Made by a program: the position numbers and the translations under genes. From Bacteroidales bacterium (GTDB taxonomy: Bacteria; Bacteroidota; Bacteroidia; Bacteroidales; VadinHA17), in contig JBFYPG010000006.1 in assembly GCA_041303415.1 (NCBI GenBank), forward strand, positions 29,688-93,687: DNA of 64,000 nt, read 5' to 3'. Under the pieces are notes generated by a model. The model did no database searches. It worked only from the letters and a program-made list of their open reading frames with translations, and had not been told where the DNA came from. Numbering within the stretch: the stretch's first letter is position 1; every line of letters starts with the position of its first letter. Shown here piece after piece: positions 40,215 to 49,555 of this stretch.

Positions 40215-42506
40215 ATGAAAAGACGTATACTCAGATCATTATTCCTCTCTTTAGTCTTTACTTCTTTAAGCACAATCATCCTTGCTCAGGTGCCCGAAGG
40301 TTTCAATTACATGGCTATTGCACGGAATGCATCTTACGAACTTATTAAAAATACCGGTATTACTGTCAGGATTGCAATCCTGGATCAGCCTATGACGGTT
40401 ATATGGGAAGAGGAACATGCAGTTACAACAAACAATGAAGGTCTTTTTCAGCTGATTGTGGGTGATCCTTCAGCAACGAAAGTACCGGGAGGATATGATG
40501 CTGCGACCTTTGCAGAGATCAACTGGACACCTCTGCCTTTGTACATAAGAACAAAGGTCAGTCTGGTACCGGATGTCTGGTTGGATATGGGTACTGCACA
40601 ATTAGTTTCGGTGCCTTACGCTATGATATCAGAATCAGCTTACAATATCTTTAATAATCCTGTTACGATGAACAATGATACTGTTGTCATCATGAACAGT
40701 GTTGATGTCATAGGAAATTATGCTACAACTGAAGATGAAGCACTTTTTGAAGTCAAACGGCAGGACGGGCAGACAATGTTCGGGGTATATAACCAGGGTG
40801 TAAGGATAAATGTTCCAATGGTTGATGATGCAAAAAGCCCTAAGGGAGGCTTTGCCATAGGTGGTTTTGGCACAAGCAAGACGGATTATGTACAAGAGCT
40901 CTTTTCATTAAATAAGGATAGCGTCAGAATATATCTTGATAATTCACCCGATCTGGATAAAGGAGCCAAAGGAGGTTTTGCAATTGGTGGTTTCGGACTT
41001 GCAGACAAAGCAGACTGGCCGGTGCAGAATTACCTGTTCATTGCGCCCGACAGTGCAAGGATTTATGTTAAAGATACGATAGATGCAAAAGGTGTAAAGG
41101 GAGGATTTTCAATTGGGGGATTCGGTAGTTCCAAGGGAACGGCTACCAACTTCCTGGACATTACACAGGATAATTATTTTATCGGGCACGAAACAGGTAT
41201 AAATGCTACTGTCGGAGATGCATTATATAATTCCGTTATTGGTTTCCAGGCTGCAAGAGCGCTAACAACAGGAGACTATAATACTATATTAGGATATAAA
41301 GCGGATAGTTCCCTAACCAGCGGGAATAATAATATTATAATAGGGGCAACGGCTGGTTTTAAGCTCACAACAGGTCAGCACAACACCCTGATAGGCAGCG
41401 GAGCCGGGCTTAATCATACCTCCCAGCAATATAATATTATGATTGGGACCGGAGCAGGATATAATCTTACAGGTTCATTTAATAATTTTATAGGTATAAA
41501 TGCCGGAAACAAAATAAGACCCGGGACTGACAATCTTTTCGTGGGTACCAATGCGGGCGCTATGCTGGAAAACGGCTATGGAAATACTATAATAGGAATT
41601 GATGCCGGAAGAGGAGGAACATGGGACCCCGCAGTATATCATCCCGGTGATTCCACTTCCCATAATACCATTGTTGGTAACAGGGCAGGCGCCGCTTTAA
41701 GTGTAGGCCATAATAATGTCTTTATTGGTTATAATGCAGGTGCTGCTGAAGTTGGAACTGTTGGTACTCCGGCCAGCAATAAACTTTATATTGCAAATTC
41801 ATACGGAACTGCCTTGATCTATGGCGACTTCTTATCAGGCAGGATTGGATTGGGGACTCTGAGCCCTGCCTATAAGCTGGATGTTACCGGTGATGTAAAT
41901 ATTACCGGACAATTCAGGGTAAATGGCGCACCTATAGTAACGACAACTCTTACGACCGGTGATTTGACAGCAACCGGACCTGTGTCAGTAAGCCCAATCC
42001 GTCAGGTTGTAGGAGGAGCCTCTGTAATATCGATCGCAGATGCCTCGATAACCGGAAAAGGCGCTGTTCAGCTAAGTAATTCTTTTGCAGGTACAAACGA
42101 ATCTCTGGCAACTACTGAAAAAGCACTTAAAGACGGACTGGCAACAAAGGTTACCGGCGAGGGTGGTTCAATTAACATGGAAGTGGAAGGGCATATTCTT
42201 ACTCTTCTCGATGGAGATATCGTGCTGGATTGGTACCATGCTGATGACGGATATCTTTTACTCAGCAATAAACTGGGAAAAGATATCGGTTACTGGTGCA
42301 AGATTCAGAGAGTTGGACAAGCGCCTGAAGGGTTCGCAGGAAGTATTGCTCCAGGAGCAATGGAAGTGATTATTATTAACCATGTAAATAATGACTATAC
42401 AGGCTTTGAGATACATTTTGGTCGTGTTGACGGATCGACTGCATGGGCATCTGTTTGGCTGCAATATTTTAATGGCCGTTTAGTGGGCCACTATATAAAG
42501 TACTAG
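40215..42506 (+). CDS. secreted repeat protein, fibre/adhesin-like (YadA-head-like G-x-x-A-G repeats)
   Basis: 763 aa. Signal peptide, then an N-terminal domain ending in QLVSVPYAM. Three ~45-aa repeats carry KGGF(A/S)IGGFG. About 20 repeats are of the N-x-x-I-G-x-x-A-G type. A neck region reads LYIANSYGTALIYGDF..YKLDVTGDVNITG, followed by a ~190-aa C-terminal domain. Confidence 0.7.
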   Translation: MKRRILRSLFLSLVFTSLSTIILAQVPEGFNYMAIARNASYELIKNTGITVRIAILDQPMTVIWEEEHAVTTNNEGLFQLIVGDPSATKVPGGYDAATFAEINWTPLPLYIRTKVSLVPDVWLDMGTAQLVSVPYAMISESAYNIFNNPVTMNNDTVVIMNSVDVIGNYATTEDEALFEVKRQDGQTMFGVYNQGVRINVPMVDDAKSPKGGFAIGGFGTSKTDYVQELFSLNKDSVRIYLDNSPDLDKGAKGGFAIGGFGLADKADWPVQNYLFIAPDSARIYVKDTIDAKGVKGGFSIGGFGSSKGTATNFLDITQDNYFIGHETGINATVGDALYNSVIGFQAARALTTGDYNTILGYKADSSLTSGNNNIIIGATAGFKLTTGQHNTLIGSGAGLNHTSQQYNIMIGTGAGYNLTGSFNNFIGINAGNKIRPGTDNLFVGTNAGAMLENGYGNTIIGIDAGRGGTWDPAVYHPGDSTSHNTIVGNRAGAALSVGHNNVFIGYNAGAAEVGTVGTPASNKLYIANSYGTALIYGDFLSGRIGLGTLSPAYKLDVTGDVNITGQFRVNGAPIVTTTLTTGDLTATGPVSVSPIRQVVGGASVISIADASITGKGAVQLSNSFAGTNESLATTEKALKDGLATKVTGEGGSINMEVEGHILTLLDGDIVLDWYHADDGYLLLSNKLGKDIGYWCKIQRVGQAPEGFAGSIAPGAMEVIIINHVNNDYTGFEIHFGRVDGSTAWASVWLQYFNGRLVGHYIKY

Positions 42507-43600
42507 AATCCGACGGCTTTCTTACTGTTCTGGCTCTCCCGGTACTCCCTCAGCAAAGACTGGAATATCTCCTTTACTGAAGATATTTTCGTTGCCCTGA
42601 ATGCGTTAGCCCCTGCAAAAGCATAACCATGTTCAAAATTACCCTTCAACGCATTAATGAGTGCAATAATTATACAATAGGGACTTTTATCTATATCGCA
42701 GGTTTTGATGCACTTGAACGGACATTGCTTCGGCTGTTTTTTTCCTTCCCTTACCCTGGCTATGAAATTGCTGAATATTGCCCGGCCCGGCATACCAACA
42801 GGACTCTTGATTATCTCAATATCCTCTTCTGCGGCATCAATATACGATTGCTTGAATTCCGGAGAAGCATCACACTCCTCCGTGGTTACAAACCTTGTTC
42901 CCATCTGCACTCCGGAGGCTCCCAGCTCGAAAATATTGTGAATATCCTCTCCCGTGTAGATCCCGCCTGCTGCAATCAGCGGAATTTCACGGTTGTATTT
43001 TTCTTCAAATGTCTTCAGCTCGCTTACAATCTCCGGAACAAGCTTCTCGAGAGAATAATCCTGGTCATTGATCTGCTCTTCCTTAAAACCCAGATGCCCT
43101 CCTGCCTTTGGGCCTTCGACTATTACCGCATCAGGCAGATAGTCATAATTTGCCTTCCACTTCTCACATATGATCCTGGCAGCTCTTGCTGAGGATACTA
43201 TCGGAACAAGTTTTGTCTCGCTTCCCTTGTGCAGAAAAGAGGGCAAATCCAGTGGAAGTCCGGCACCCGCAATGATCATATCAACTTTTTCTGCAATTGA
43301 CGTTTTTATCATATCAGCAAAGTTTGTCATAGCCACCATGACATTCACGCCGATAACACCCTTTGTTTTTTCCCTTGCTTTGCGGATCTCTTCCTTAAGT
43401 CCCAGTATGCTGGCTTCCAGAAAATCCTTTGAAAACTCCTTGTACAACAGGCCCAGTCCTGCCGAAGATATCACACCAACCCCTCCCTCATTCGCCACCG
43501 CTGCCGCCAGTCCTGAAAGCGATATCCCCACTCCCATGCCGCCCTGAATGACCGGAACCGCTATTGAGAGATTTCCTATTTTCAACTTATTCATTTTCAA
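42503..43600 (-). CDS. NAD(P)H-dependent flavin oxidoreductase, nitronate monooxygenase / FabK family
   Basis: 365 aa. PVIQGGMGVG FMN-binding motif and a TIM-barrel NMO-like sequence (IAAGGIYTGEDI). The stop codon overlaps the convergent gene's stop (CTAG). Confidence 0.82.
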   Translation of the reverse strand: MKMNKLKIGNLSIAVPVIQGGMGVGISLSGLAAAVANEGGVGVISSAGLGLLYKEFSKDFLEASILGLKEEIRKAREKTKGVIGVNVMVAMTNFADMIKTSIAEKVDMIIAGAGLPLDLPSFLHKGSETKLVPIVSSARAARIICEKWKANYDYLPDAVIVEGPKAGGHLGFKEEQINDQDYSLEKLVPEIVSELKTFEEKYNREIPLIAAGGIYTGEDIHNIFELGASGVQMGTRFVTTEECDASPEFKQSYIDAAEEDIEIIKSPVGMPGRAIFSNFIARVREGKKQPKQCPFKCIKTCDIDKSPYCIIIALINALKGNFEHGYAFAGANAFRATKISSVKEIFQSLLREYRESQNSKKAVGF

Positions 43601-43704
43601 TTAATTTTATATCGGGCAAAGGTAACCCAATATTGAAACTGGCAATCTGAAAAGAACTATTTAACATATATTAAGTCTGTGAGCAGCTCTGACAATCAGT
43701 CATA

Positions 43705-43725
43705 TTCAGCCCCTGCAGGGCTGAA
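43705..43725. repeat. GC hairpin related to the 29.7-kb hairpin family
   Basis: TTCAGCCC-CTGCA-GGGCTGAA. It shares the GGGCTGAA / TTCAGCCC arm with 29729-29740 and 29812-29821. Confidence 0.6.
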
Positions 43726-43800
43726 CATTTAATGATAGTTTGCGACCCCCGGCTGTCGGCCTGATCTTTATACATATAGAATACATAGTGCTGATATTCA

Positions 43801-43981
43801 GGAGATTCCTCGTCCCGAGGACTCGGGACTCGGAATGACAGAATGCGGGGAATATTTTAGGGGAAGAAGCGGCGATTCGCAGGGAATATTTGACCCATAA
43901 TGAATAATTCTAATGCGAATCGCCGCTTCTTCCCCAACACCTAAAAGGACCCTGTCATTCCGAACGAATTGAGGAATCTCC
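43801..43981. repeat. 181-nt nested palindromic element
   Basis: Outer arms GGAGATTCCTC / GAGGAATCTCC (43801-11 / 43971-81). Middle arms GGAATGACAG / CTGTCATTCC (43832-41 / 43952-61). Perfect 22-bp inner stem GGGGAAGAAGCGGCGATTCGCA / TGCGAATCGCCGCTTCTTCCCC (43860-81 / 43914-35) around a 32-nt AT-rich loop. Side hairpin GTCCCGAG-GA-CTCGGGAC (43812-29). Confidence 0.85.
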
Positions 43982-44115
43982 CTGACTAATTACAGACAAT
44001 ATTATAAGGACTCTTTCAAACAAGTTTGCATAGAATCGAAGCCGATCCCGAGTACTCTGGACTGAATATTTGATCTAAAAAAACTACCTTTATACTCAAA
44101 TCAATAATCATTGCC

Positions 44116-45723
44116 ATGAGGAAACTGATCATATTCATAATACTCACATCAGCGGCTTTCCAGTATCTCTCAGCCGATACGGAAAAAGATATCAGAGCTC
44201 CCCTTAAAACCGTTACAGTATACCCCGACAGGGCCCAGCTCACCCACGAGGGATCAGTGGAGATACCTGCAGGTACAACGCTTCTTAAGCTGGGGGGCCT
44301 CTCGCCTTTCATTGACCCCCAGAGCATCCAGGTGAAAGGTTACGGAAGCTTCACCATACTCTCTGTAAACCATCAGAACAACTACCTCGAAAACCTTGAG
44401 GAGCTTCCTGAAATAAAAACCATCAGGATCCAGATAGAGACACTTCAGCTGAAGGTTGAAGATGAAAAAGCCGCTATCTCCGTGCTCAAGGAAAAAGAGG
44501 CGTTCCTTATCGCCAACAGGGGGATACTGGTAAAGGAAACAACCTTCTCAGTGGAACAGCTTAAGAACGTTATGGACCTGTATACCAATAACATGGACCA
44601 GGTCACAACAACCATTCTTAAAAAGAACCGGCTTATAAAAGATTACGAAAAACAAATCGCCGCGCTTCAGAAACAGGTATCCGACAGGATCGGTAAGAAC
44701 CAGCTTCCCTCCGGCGAGATCTCTGTATCTGTAAGCGCCGACAAAACTATTACAGGAAGAGTGACATTCGCCTATGTGACGGTAAACGCAGGCTGGTATC
44801 CAACCTATGACATCAGGGTGGATGATATAACAAAACCGGTCAATATCTTCTTCAAGGCAAATGTATACCAGAGCACGGGTACATCATGGAAAGACGTTAA
44901 GCTGAGCTTCTCAAACGCCACTCCCTGGGTCGCAGGAACCGTTCCTGTACTTTACCCGTGGTTCATCGATTTCTTCACTCCAATGCCCATTGTAAGAGCA
45001 AAGGCAGCAGGTGAAGCCAAAAGCCGGGCACCAATGGTTATGGAGATGGCTACGGTCGCAGATGCTGTAAAAGAGGAGGAAGCAAATTACGTGATGGTCG
45101 AAAAACAGGTCGGTGAAACCACTGTTTCATTCGATGTTGCAGTTCCATATACCATAGAATCAGATGGCAAATTGCAGACAATAGAGATACAGCGGACAAC
45201 AACTCCCGCGGAATATAAATATGTTGCCGTTCCTAAACTTTCTCAGTACGCATATCTTACAGGCAATATCACCAACTGGGCTGAGCAGAGTCTCCAGAGC
45301 GGAGAGGCAACTCTTTACTTCGAGAACACCTACGTAGGCAAGTCCGATCTCAACGTTAACCAGATGACTGATACCCTTGTCCTTTCACTGGGCAATGACA
45401 ACAGCATACTGGTAAAAAGAGAAAAACGGCAGGATTTTACAAGCAAGAGGGTTATTGGCACAAACAAGACGGAGACCTATTCATTTCTTATCACTGTCAG
45501 AAACAATAAACCGAGCCAGATTAAGCTTACCCTGAAAGACCAGATACCGGTCTCATCAAACAGCGGTATAACCGTGGAAGCAGCTGAACTCACCGGCGGC
45601 AGGCATAACCAGCAGACAGGCGAGATAAGGTGGGACCTTGAGATCAAGCCGCAGGAGACTAAACAGATAATACTCACCTATTCAGTCAAATATCCAAAGG
45701 ACAAAACAGTCATTCTTGAATAA
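44116..45723 (+). CDS. DUF4139/DUF4140 (mucoidy inhibitor MuiA-like) family protein
   Basis: 535 aa. Signal peptide, VTVYPDRAQLTHEG N-terminal motif, central coiled coil, and a C-terminal beta-rich domain ending ..TYSVKYPKDK, typical of this family. Confidence 0.65.
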   Translation: MRKLIIFIILTSAAFQYLSADTEKDIRAPLKTVTVYPDRAQLTHEGSVEIPAGTTLLKLGGLSPFIDPQSIQVKGYGSFTILSVNHQNNYLENLEELPEIKTIRIQIETLQLKVEDEKAAISVLKEKEAFLIANRGILVKETTFSVEQLKNVMDLYTNNMDQVTTTILKKNRLIKDYEKQIAALQKQVSDRIGKNQLPSGEISVSVSADKTITGRVTFAYVTVNAGWYPTYDIRVDDITKPVNIFFKANVYQSTGTSWKDVKLSFSNATPWVAGTVPVLYPWFIDFFTPMPIVRAKAAGEAKSRAPMVMEMATVADAVKEEEANYVMVEKQVGETTVSFDVAVPYTIESDGKLQTIEIQRTTTPAEYKYVAVPKLSQYAYLTGNITNWAEQSLQSGEATLYFENTYVGKSDLNVNQMTDTLVLSLGNDNSILVKREKRQDFTSKRVIGTNKTETYSFLITVRNNKPSQIKLTLKDQIPVSSNSGITVEAAELTGGRHNQQTGEIRWDLEIKPQETKQIILTYSVKYPKDKTVILE

Positions 45724-45732
45724 ATATAACAT

Positions 45733-46107
45733 ATGAGTTTACTGGGGAATATTATCTGGCTCATCTTCGGGGGAATAGTAATTGCGGTTGAATACTTCAT
45801 CGGCAGTCTTATCCTGATGGTAACTATTGTCGGTATACCTTTCGGAATGCAGACACTGAAAATGGGCATGCTTGCGATCTGGCCCTTTGGAAGAGATACC
45901 CGGGTTCAATCAAGAGCTTCGGGGTGCCTTTATATATTAATGAATGTGCTCTGGCTGATCTGCGGAGGCATCTGCATAGCAATCACACATGCATTATTCG
46001 GGTTGCTGTTGTGCATAACAATAATAGGGATACCTTTTGGCATGCAGCATTTCAAGCTGACAGCAGTAGCTCTTAATCCTTTCGGAAGGGATATTGTCAG
46101 TATTTAA
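45733..46107 (+). CDS. yccF: YccF domain-containing inner membrane protein
   Basis: 124 aa. Duplicated N(I/V)xWLIxGG...T(I)(V/I)GIPFGMQxxK motif characteristic of YccF. Confidence 0.8.
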   Translation: MSLLGNIIWLIFGGIVIAVEYFIGSLILMVTIVGIPFGMQTLKMGMLAIWPFGRDTRVQSRASGCLYILMNVLWLICGGICIAITHALFGLLLCITIIGIPFGMQHFKLTAVALNPFGRDIVSI

Positions 46108-46115
46108 AATATAAC

Positions 46116-46201
46116 CACGGAGACACAGAGAACACGGAGAAAAGCACAGAGTTATGATGTTTTTCTCCCTCTCTCCCCATCTCCCACTCTCCCCTTCTTT
46201 C
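46116..46201. repeat. CAC-N-RAG unit array plus pyrimidine (GGGAGANN on minus) octad array
   Basis: CACGGAGA CACAGAGAA CACGGAGAAAAG CACAGAG (46116-46151). On the minus strand, GGGAGAGT GGGAGATG GGGAGAGA GGGAGAAA (46160-46201). An 8-bp stem GGAGAAAA/TTTTCTCC (46136-43 / 46161-68) links the two halves. Confidence 0.8.
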
Positions 46202-46204
46202 TAT

Positions 46205-46981
46205 CTACCTTGGTCCTCTGATTATTCCTCTTTCTGAGGCTTTGATGAAATCGAGTATATAGTCTCTGTCAGATGACGGCTTGAAATTCTTTTCAACATA
46301 CTCAAGAGCCTGGGTGATATTTATTCCGTTCTGGTATATTGCCCTGTAAATATTGTGTATCTCGTCAATCCTCTCTTTTTCGAATCCTCTTCTTGTAAGT
46401 CCTACTGTATTTAGTCCCAGGTAAGTGAGGGGGTCCCTGTCGGCTTTTATAAAAGGTGGAACATCTGTACGGACTTTTGCGCCGCCTCCGATCATCACAT
46501 GTGCTCCTATCCTTGCAAACTGATGGACCAGCGTTCCTGCGCTTATTATTGCCCAGTCGTCCACCTTTACTTCACCGGCCATGCCTGCAGCATTTCCTAT
46601 AATGCAGTTATTGCCTAACCTGCAATCGTGTCCGACATGTGAATATGCCATCAGCAGGCAGTTCTCGCCCACGATCGTCCTTCCGACAGCTGCGGTGCCC
46701 CGGTTTACTGTTGATCCCTCTCGCATGATTGTCCTGTCGCCTATCTCGGCCGTAGACTCTTCACCCCTGAACTTGAGGTCCTGCGGTATTGCTGATACCA
46801 CCGCAGTTGGAAATATCCTGCAATTCTTTCCGATCCTGGCGCCATCCATAACAACTGCGTTCGGACCTATCCATGTCCCGTCGCCTATAACCACATTGCC
46901 GGCGATATATGTAAACGGTTCAATAGTGACATTTTCACCTATTTTTGCATCGGGATGAATATATGCTGATTTTGATATCAT
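46205..46981 (-). CDS. lpxA: acyl-ACP--UDP-N-acetylglucosamine O-acyltransferase
   Basis: 258 aa. Left-handed beta-helix hexapeptide repeats plus the LpxA C-terminal helical domain. Confidence 0.95.
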   Translation of the reverse strand: MISKSAYIHPDAKIGENVTIEPFTYIAGNVVIGDGTWIGPNAVVMDGARIGKNCRIFPTAVVSAIPQDLKFRGEESTAEIGDRTIMREGSTVNRGTAAVGRTIVGENCLLMAYSHVGHDCRLGNNCIIGNAAGMAGEVKVDDWAIISAGTLVHQFARIGAHVMIGGGAKVRTDVPPFIKADRDPLTYLGLNTVGLTRRGFEKERIDEIHNIYRAIYQNGINITQALEYVEKNFKPSSDRDYILDFIKASERGIIRGPR

Positions 46982-46988
46982 TATAAAA

Positions 46989-48383
46989 CTATTTGTTTTT
47001 GATTACCTGTGCCGTCATCTCTCCTTCCACCACAAGGCTGTTACCAACAAATGCCTGACCGTACATCATCACAATGCCTCTTCTCATCGGCTCAATCATT
47101 TCCATCTTCAGTATGACTGTATCACCCGGAACAACCTTCTGCTTGAATTTAAGCTTGTCGATCTTGAGGAAATAGGTTGAGTATTTTCCAGGCTCCTCCA
47201 CATTATGCAGGACAAGTATCCCGCCTGTCTGAGCCAGCGCTTCAACCAGTAAAACGCCGGGCATCACAGGTTCGTCGGGGAAGTGACCCTGGAAAAAGTA
47301 TTCATTGAAAGTAACATTTTTGATCCCGACTATTGTATTTGCATCGAGTGAAATTATTTTATCGACAAGCAGGAAAGGGGCCCTGTGAGGAAGCCTTTTC
47401 TTGATATCTTCAAGACCATAAACAGGCGGCTGCGACGGATCGTAGACAGGAATATTGATCTTTGAGATCGACTTCTTCATTTCCTGCCTCATCAGCCTGG
47501 CGAGACGTGTATTTGCAAGATGTCCGGGGCGTGTGGCAACCACTTTCCCCTTTATCGGATGTCCTACGAGAGCAAGGTCGCCCATGATGTCAAGAAGCTT
47601 GTGCCTGGCGGGCTCATTCGGAAACCGGAGTTCGGTGTTATTCAGCACCCCTGCAGTATGCTTGTTGATGCCGGGCCGGTTAAACAACTTTGCGATGCGG
47701 TCTATTTCAGCCTGATCCACCTCTTTTTCCAGGATGACGACCGCATTGTCAAGATCGCCCCCCTTGATCAGTCCCATGTTATGAAGAGGCTCAAGCTCAT
47801 GGAAAAAAACGAAGGTACGGCTTTTGGATATCTTCTCTTCAAAGTCCTTTATTGAATCCATTATGGCATACTGATTTCCCAGGATCTTTGAATTATAATC
47901 TATAAGCACGTTGATACTTAAATGGTCGTCAGGATAAACGATCAGGTCGACGCCATGCTCCTCGTCAGAGTATGTTATCTTCTGTTTTACAACGAAGTAA
48001 TTCCTCTCTTCCTTAAGTTCTTTGAATCCTGCCTCCTTGATTGCTTCAACAAAAGCCAATGCAGATCCTCCCATTATCGGAGCTTCCGGACCATTAAGCT
48101 CAATAAGTGCATTATCGACCTGCATGCCGTGAAGAGCTGCCAGGGCATGCTCAATAGTTGCCACCGAGGCATTATTCTGAACCAGCGTCGTTCCCCTCGA
48201 GGCATCTGATACATGTTCTGCGAGGGCATCGATCAGCGGTTTCCCGGGAAGGTCAACCCTGCAGAATTTATAACCGTGATTTGCAGGCGCCGGTTTGAAG
48301 GTGATGGTTACATTGATCCCGGTATGCAATCCCTTGCCGCTAAGGCTTACCTCTTTTGCAAGTGTCCTTTGTTTTTCGCTCAT
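46989..48383 (-). CDS. lpxC/fabZ: bifunctional UDP-3-O-acyl-GlcNAc deacetylase / 3-hydroxyacyl-ACP dehydratase
   Basis: 464 aa. N-terminal LpxC (GKGLHTG, TIEHALAAL) fused to C-terminal FabZ (FFQGHFPDEPVMPGVL), the fusion typical of Bacteroidota. Confidence 0.95.
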   Translation of the reverse strand: MSEKQRTLAKEVSLSGKGLHTGINVTITFKPAPANHGYKFCRVDLPGKPLIDALAEHVSDASRGTTLVQNNASVATIEHALAALHGMQVDNALIELNGPEAPIMGGSALAFVEAIKEAGFKELKEERNYFVVKQKITYSDEEHGVDLIVYPDDHLSINVLIDYNSKILGNQYAIMDSIKDFEEKISKSRTFVFFHELEPLHNMGLIKGGDLDNAVVILEKEVDQAEIDRIAKLFNRPGINKHTAGVLNNTELRFPNEPARHKLLDIMGDLALVGHPIKGKVVATRPGHLANTRLARLMRQEMKKSISKINIPVYDPSQPPVYGLEDIKKRLPHRAPFLLVDKIISLDANTIVGIKNVTFNEYFFQGHFPDEPVMPGVLLVEALAQTGGILVLHNVEEPGKYSTYFLKIDKLKFKQKVVPGDTVILKMEMIEPMRRGIVMMYGQAFVGNSLVVEGEMTAQVIKNK

Positions 48384-48502
48384 CAGTACAGTTTTGCGTC
48401 AGGTTTTCGTGTACAAAAAAAACAAAAAAAATCAGAACAAGCTAGAAAAAGAGCTTATAACTGCATAAATGCCAAATAATTTACTCCAGACCTCCCCCTA
48501 AC

Positions 48503-49540
48503 TTACTTATTCTTAAGTGACTGGATCTCCTTTTCAAGTGCATCGACCTTTGCTTTCAGCTCAGGCAGCTGCCTGAAAATAACAGAAGATCTCATGAAGT
48601 TCTTATGTTCAATGGCCGGATAACCTATGATAACGGTGTTTTCCTTCTTAACATCTCCAGGTATTCCTGATTGTGCTCCTATTTTTGTTCCGTTGGCGAT
48701 GCTGGAGTGGCCAACGATACCAACCTGACCTCCCACCATACAGTTCTTTCCCACTTTAGCGGAACCTGCAACACCTGCCAGTGCTGCCATAACGGTATTT
48801 TCGCCTACTTCCACATTATGCCCTATCTGGATAAGGTTATCGAGCTTTACACCTTTGCGGATTATTGTTGAACCCATAGTTGCACGGTCAATGGCAACAT
48901 TCGCCCCTATCTCCACGTGATCTTCAATCACCACATTGCCCAGCTGGGGTATTTTCAGGTATTCATTTTCCGACTGCGGTGCAAACCCGAATCCGTCGCT
49001 TCCGATCACTGTACCTGCATGAACAATACATTCCCTGCCAAGAACACATTCATGGTAGATCTTAACTCCCGGATAGAGCGTGCACCCATCGCCGATCCTT
49101 GTATTGTCGCCCAGGTAAACATGAGGATAGATTGAAGAACTGTCGCCCACGATTGTATCGTGCCCGATATAAACAAAAGCACCGATATATACATCAGCTC
49201 CTATCTTAGCAGTCGGCTCAATTACGGCAGTCGGATGAACTCCCTTCTTCCGGGGACGTGACTTCTCAACAAGCTGAAGTAGTGAGGCAAATGACTCATA
49301 GGCATTTTCGACCCTGATCATTGTGGCGCTGACCTTTGCGGAGGGCACCAGGCTTCTGTTCACCAGCACTATTGACGATTGTGTTGTGTACAGGTAATGC
49401 TCATATTTCGGGTTTGCAAGAAACGAAAGAGCTCCTTCGTGTCCCTCTTCTATCTTGGCAACGGTACTGACTACCACATCAGGATTCCCGACAATATCAC
49501 CCTTGAGAAACCCTGCTATTGCTGCTGCTGTAAATTCCAT
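48503..49540 (-). CDS. lpxD: UDP-3-O-(3-hydroxyacyl)glucosamine N-acyltransferase
   Basis: 345 aa. LpxD N-terminal domain, hexapeptide repeats and a C-terminal coiled coil. Confidence 0.93.
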   Translation of the reverse strand: MEFTAAAIAGFLKGDIVGNPDVVVSTVAKIEEGHEGALSFLANPKYEHYLYTTQSSIVLVNRSLVPSAKVSATMIRVENAYESFASLLQLVEKSRPRKKGVHPTAVIEPTAKIGADVYIGAFVYIGHDTIVGDSSSIYPHVYLGDNTRIGDGCTLYPGVKIYHECVLGRECIVHAGTVIGSDGFGFAPQSENEYLKIPQLGNVVIEDHVEIGANVAIDRATMGSTIIRKGVKLDNLIQIGHNVEVGENTVMAALAGVAGSAKVGKNCMVGGQVGIVGHSSIANGTKIGAQSGIPGDVKKENTVIIGYPAIEHKNFMRSSVIFRQLPELKAKVDALEKEIQSLKNK

Positions 49541-49555
49541 GTCTGTTGTTATTAA

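Noticed and set aside
40215-42506. A prophage or tailocin remnant, suggested by the tail-fibre-like repeat protein.
   Set aside because: There is no integrase, terminase, capsid, baseplate, sheath or lysis gene within the window on either side. The neighbours are permeases and a flavin oxidoreductase. The gene has its own signal peptide, so a cellular surface protein is more likely.
43801-43981. Annotating the nested palindrome, and the hairpin cluster at 29688-29862, as mobile elements (MITEs).
   Set aside because: No target-site duplication is evident at the ends, no transposase is nearby, and copy number cannot be determined from one window. They are kept as repeats of unknown nature rather than called mobile elements.
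44016-44327. A 103-aa minus-strand ORF overlapping the start of the MuiA-like gene.
   Set aside because: It overlaps the signal-peptide region of a well-supported 535-aa gene on the other strand, has no recognisable motif, and extends into a repeat-rich spacer.
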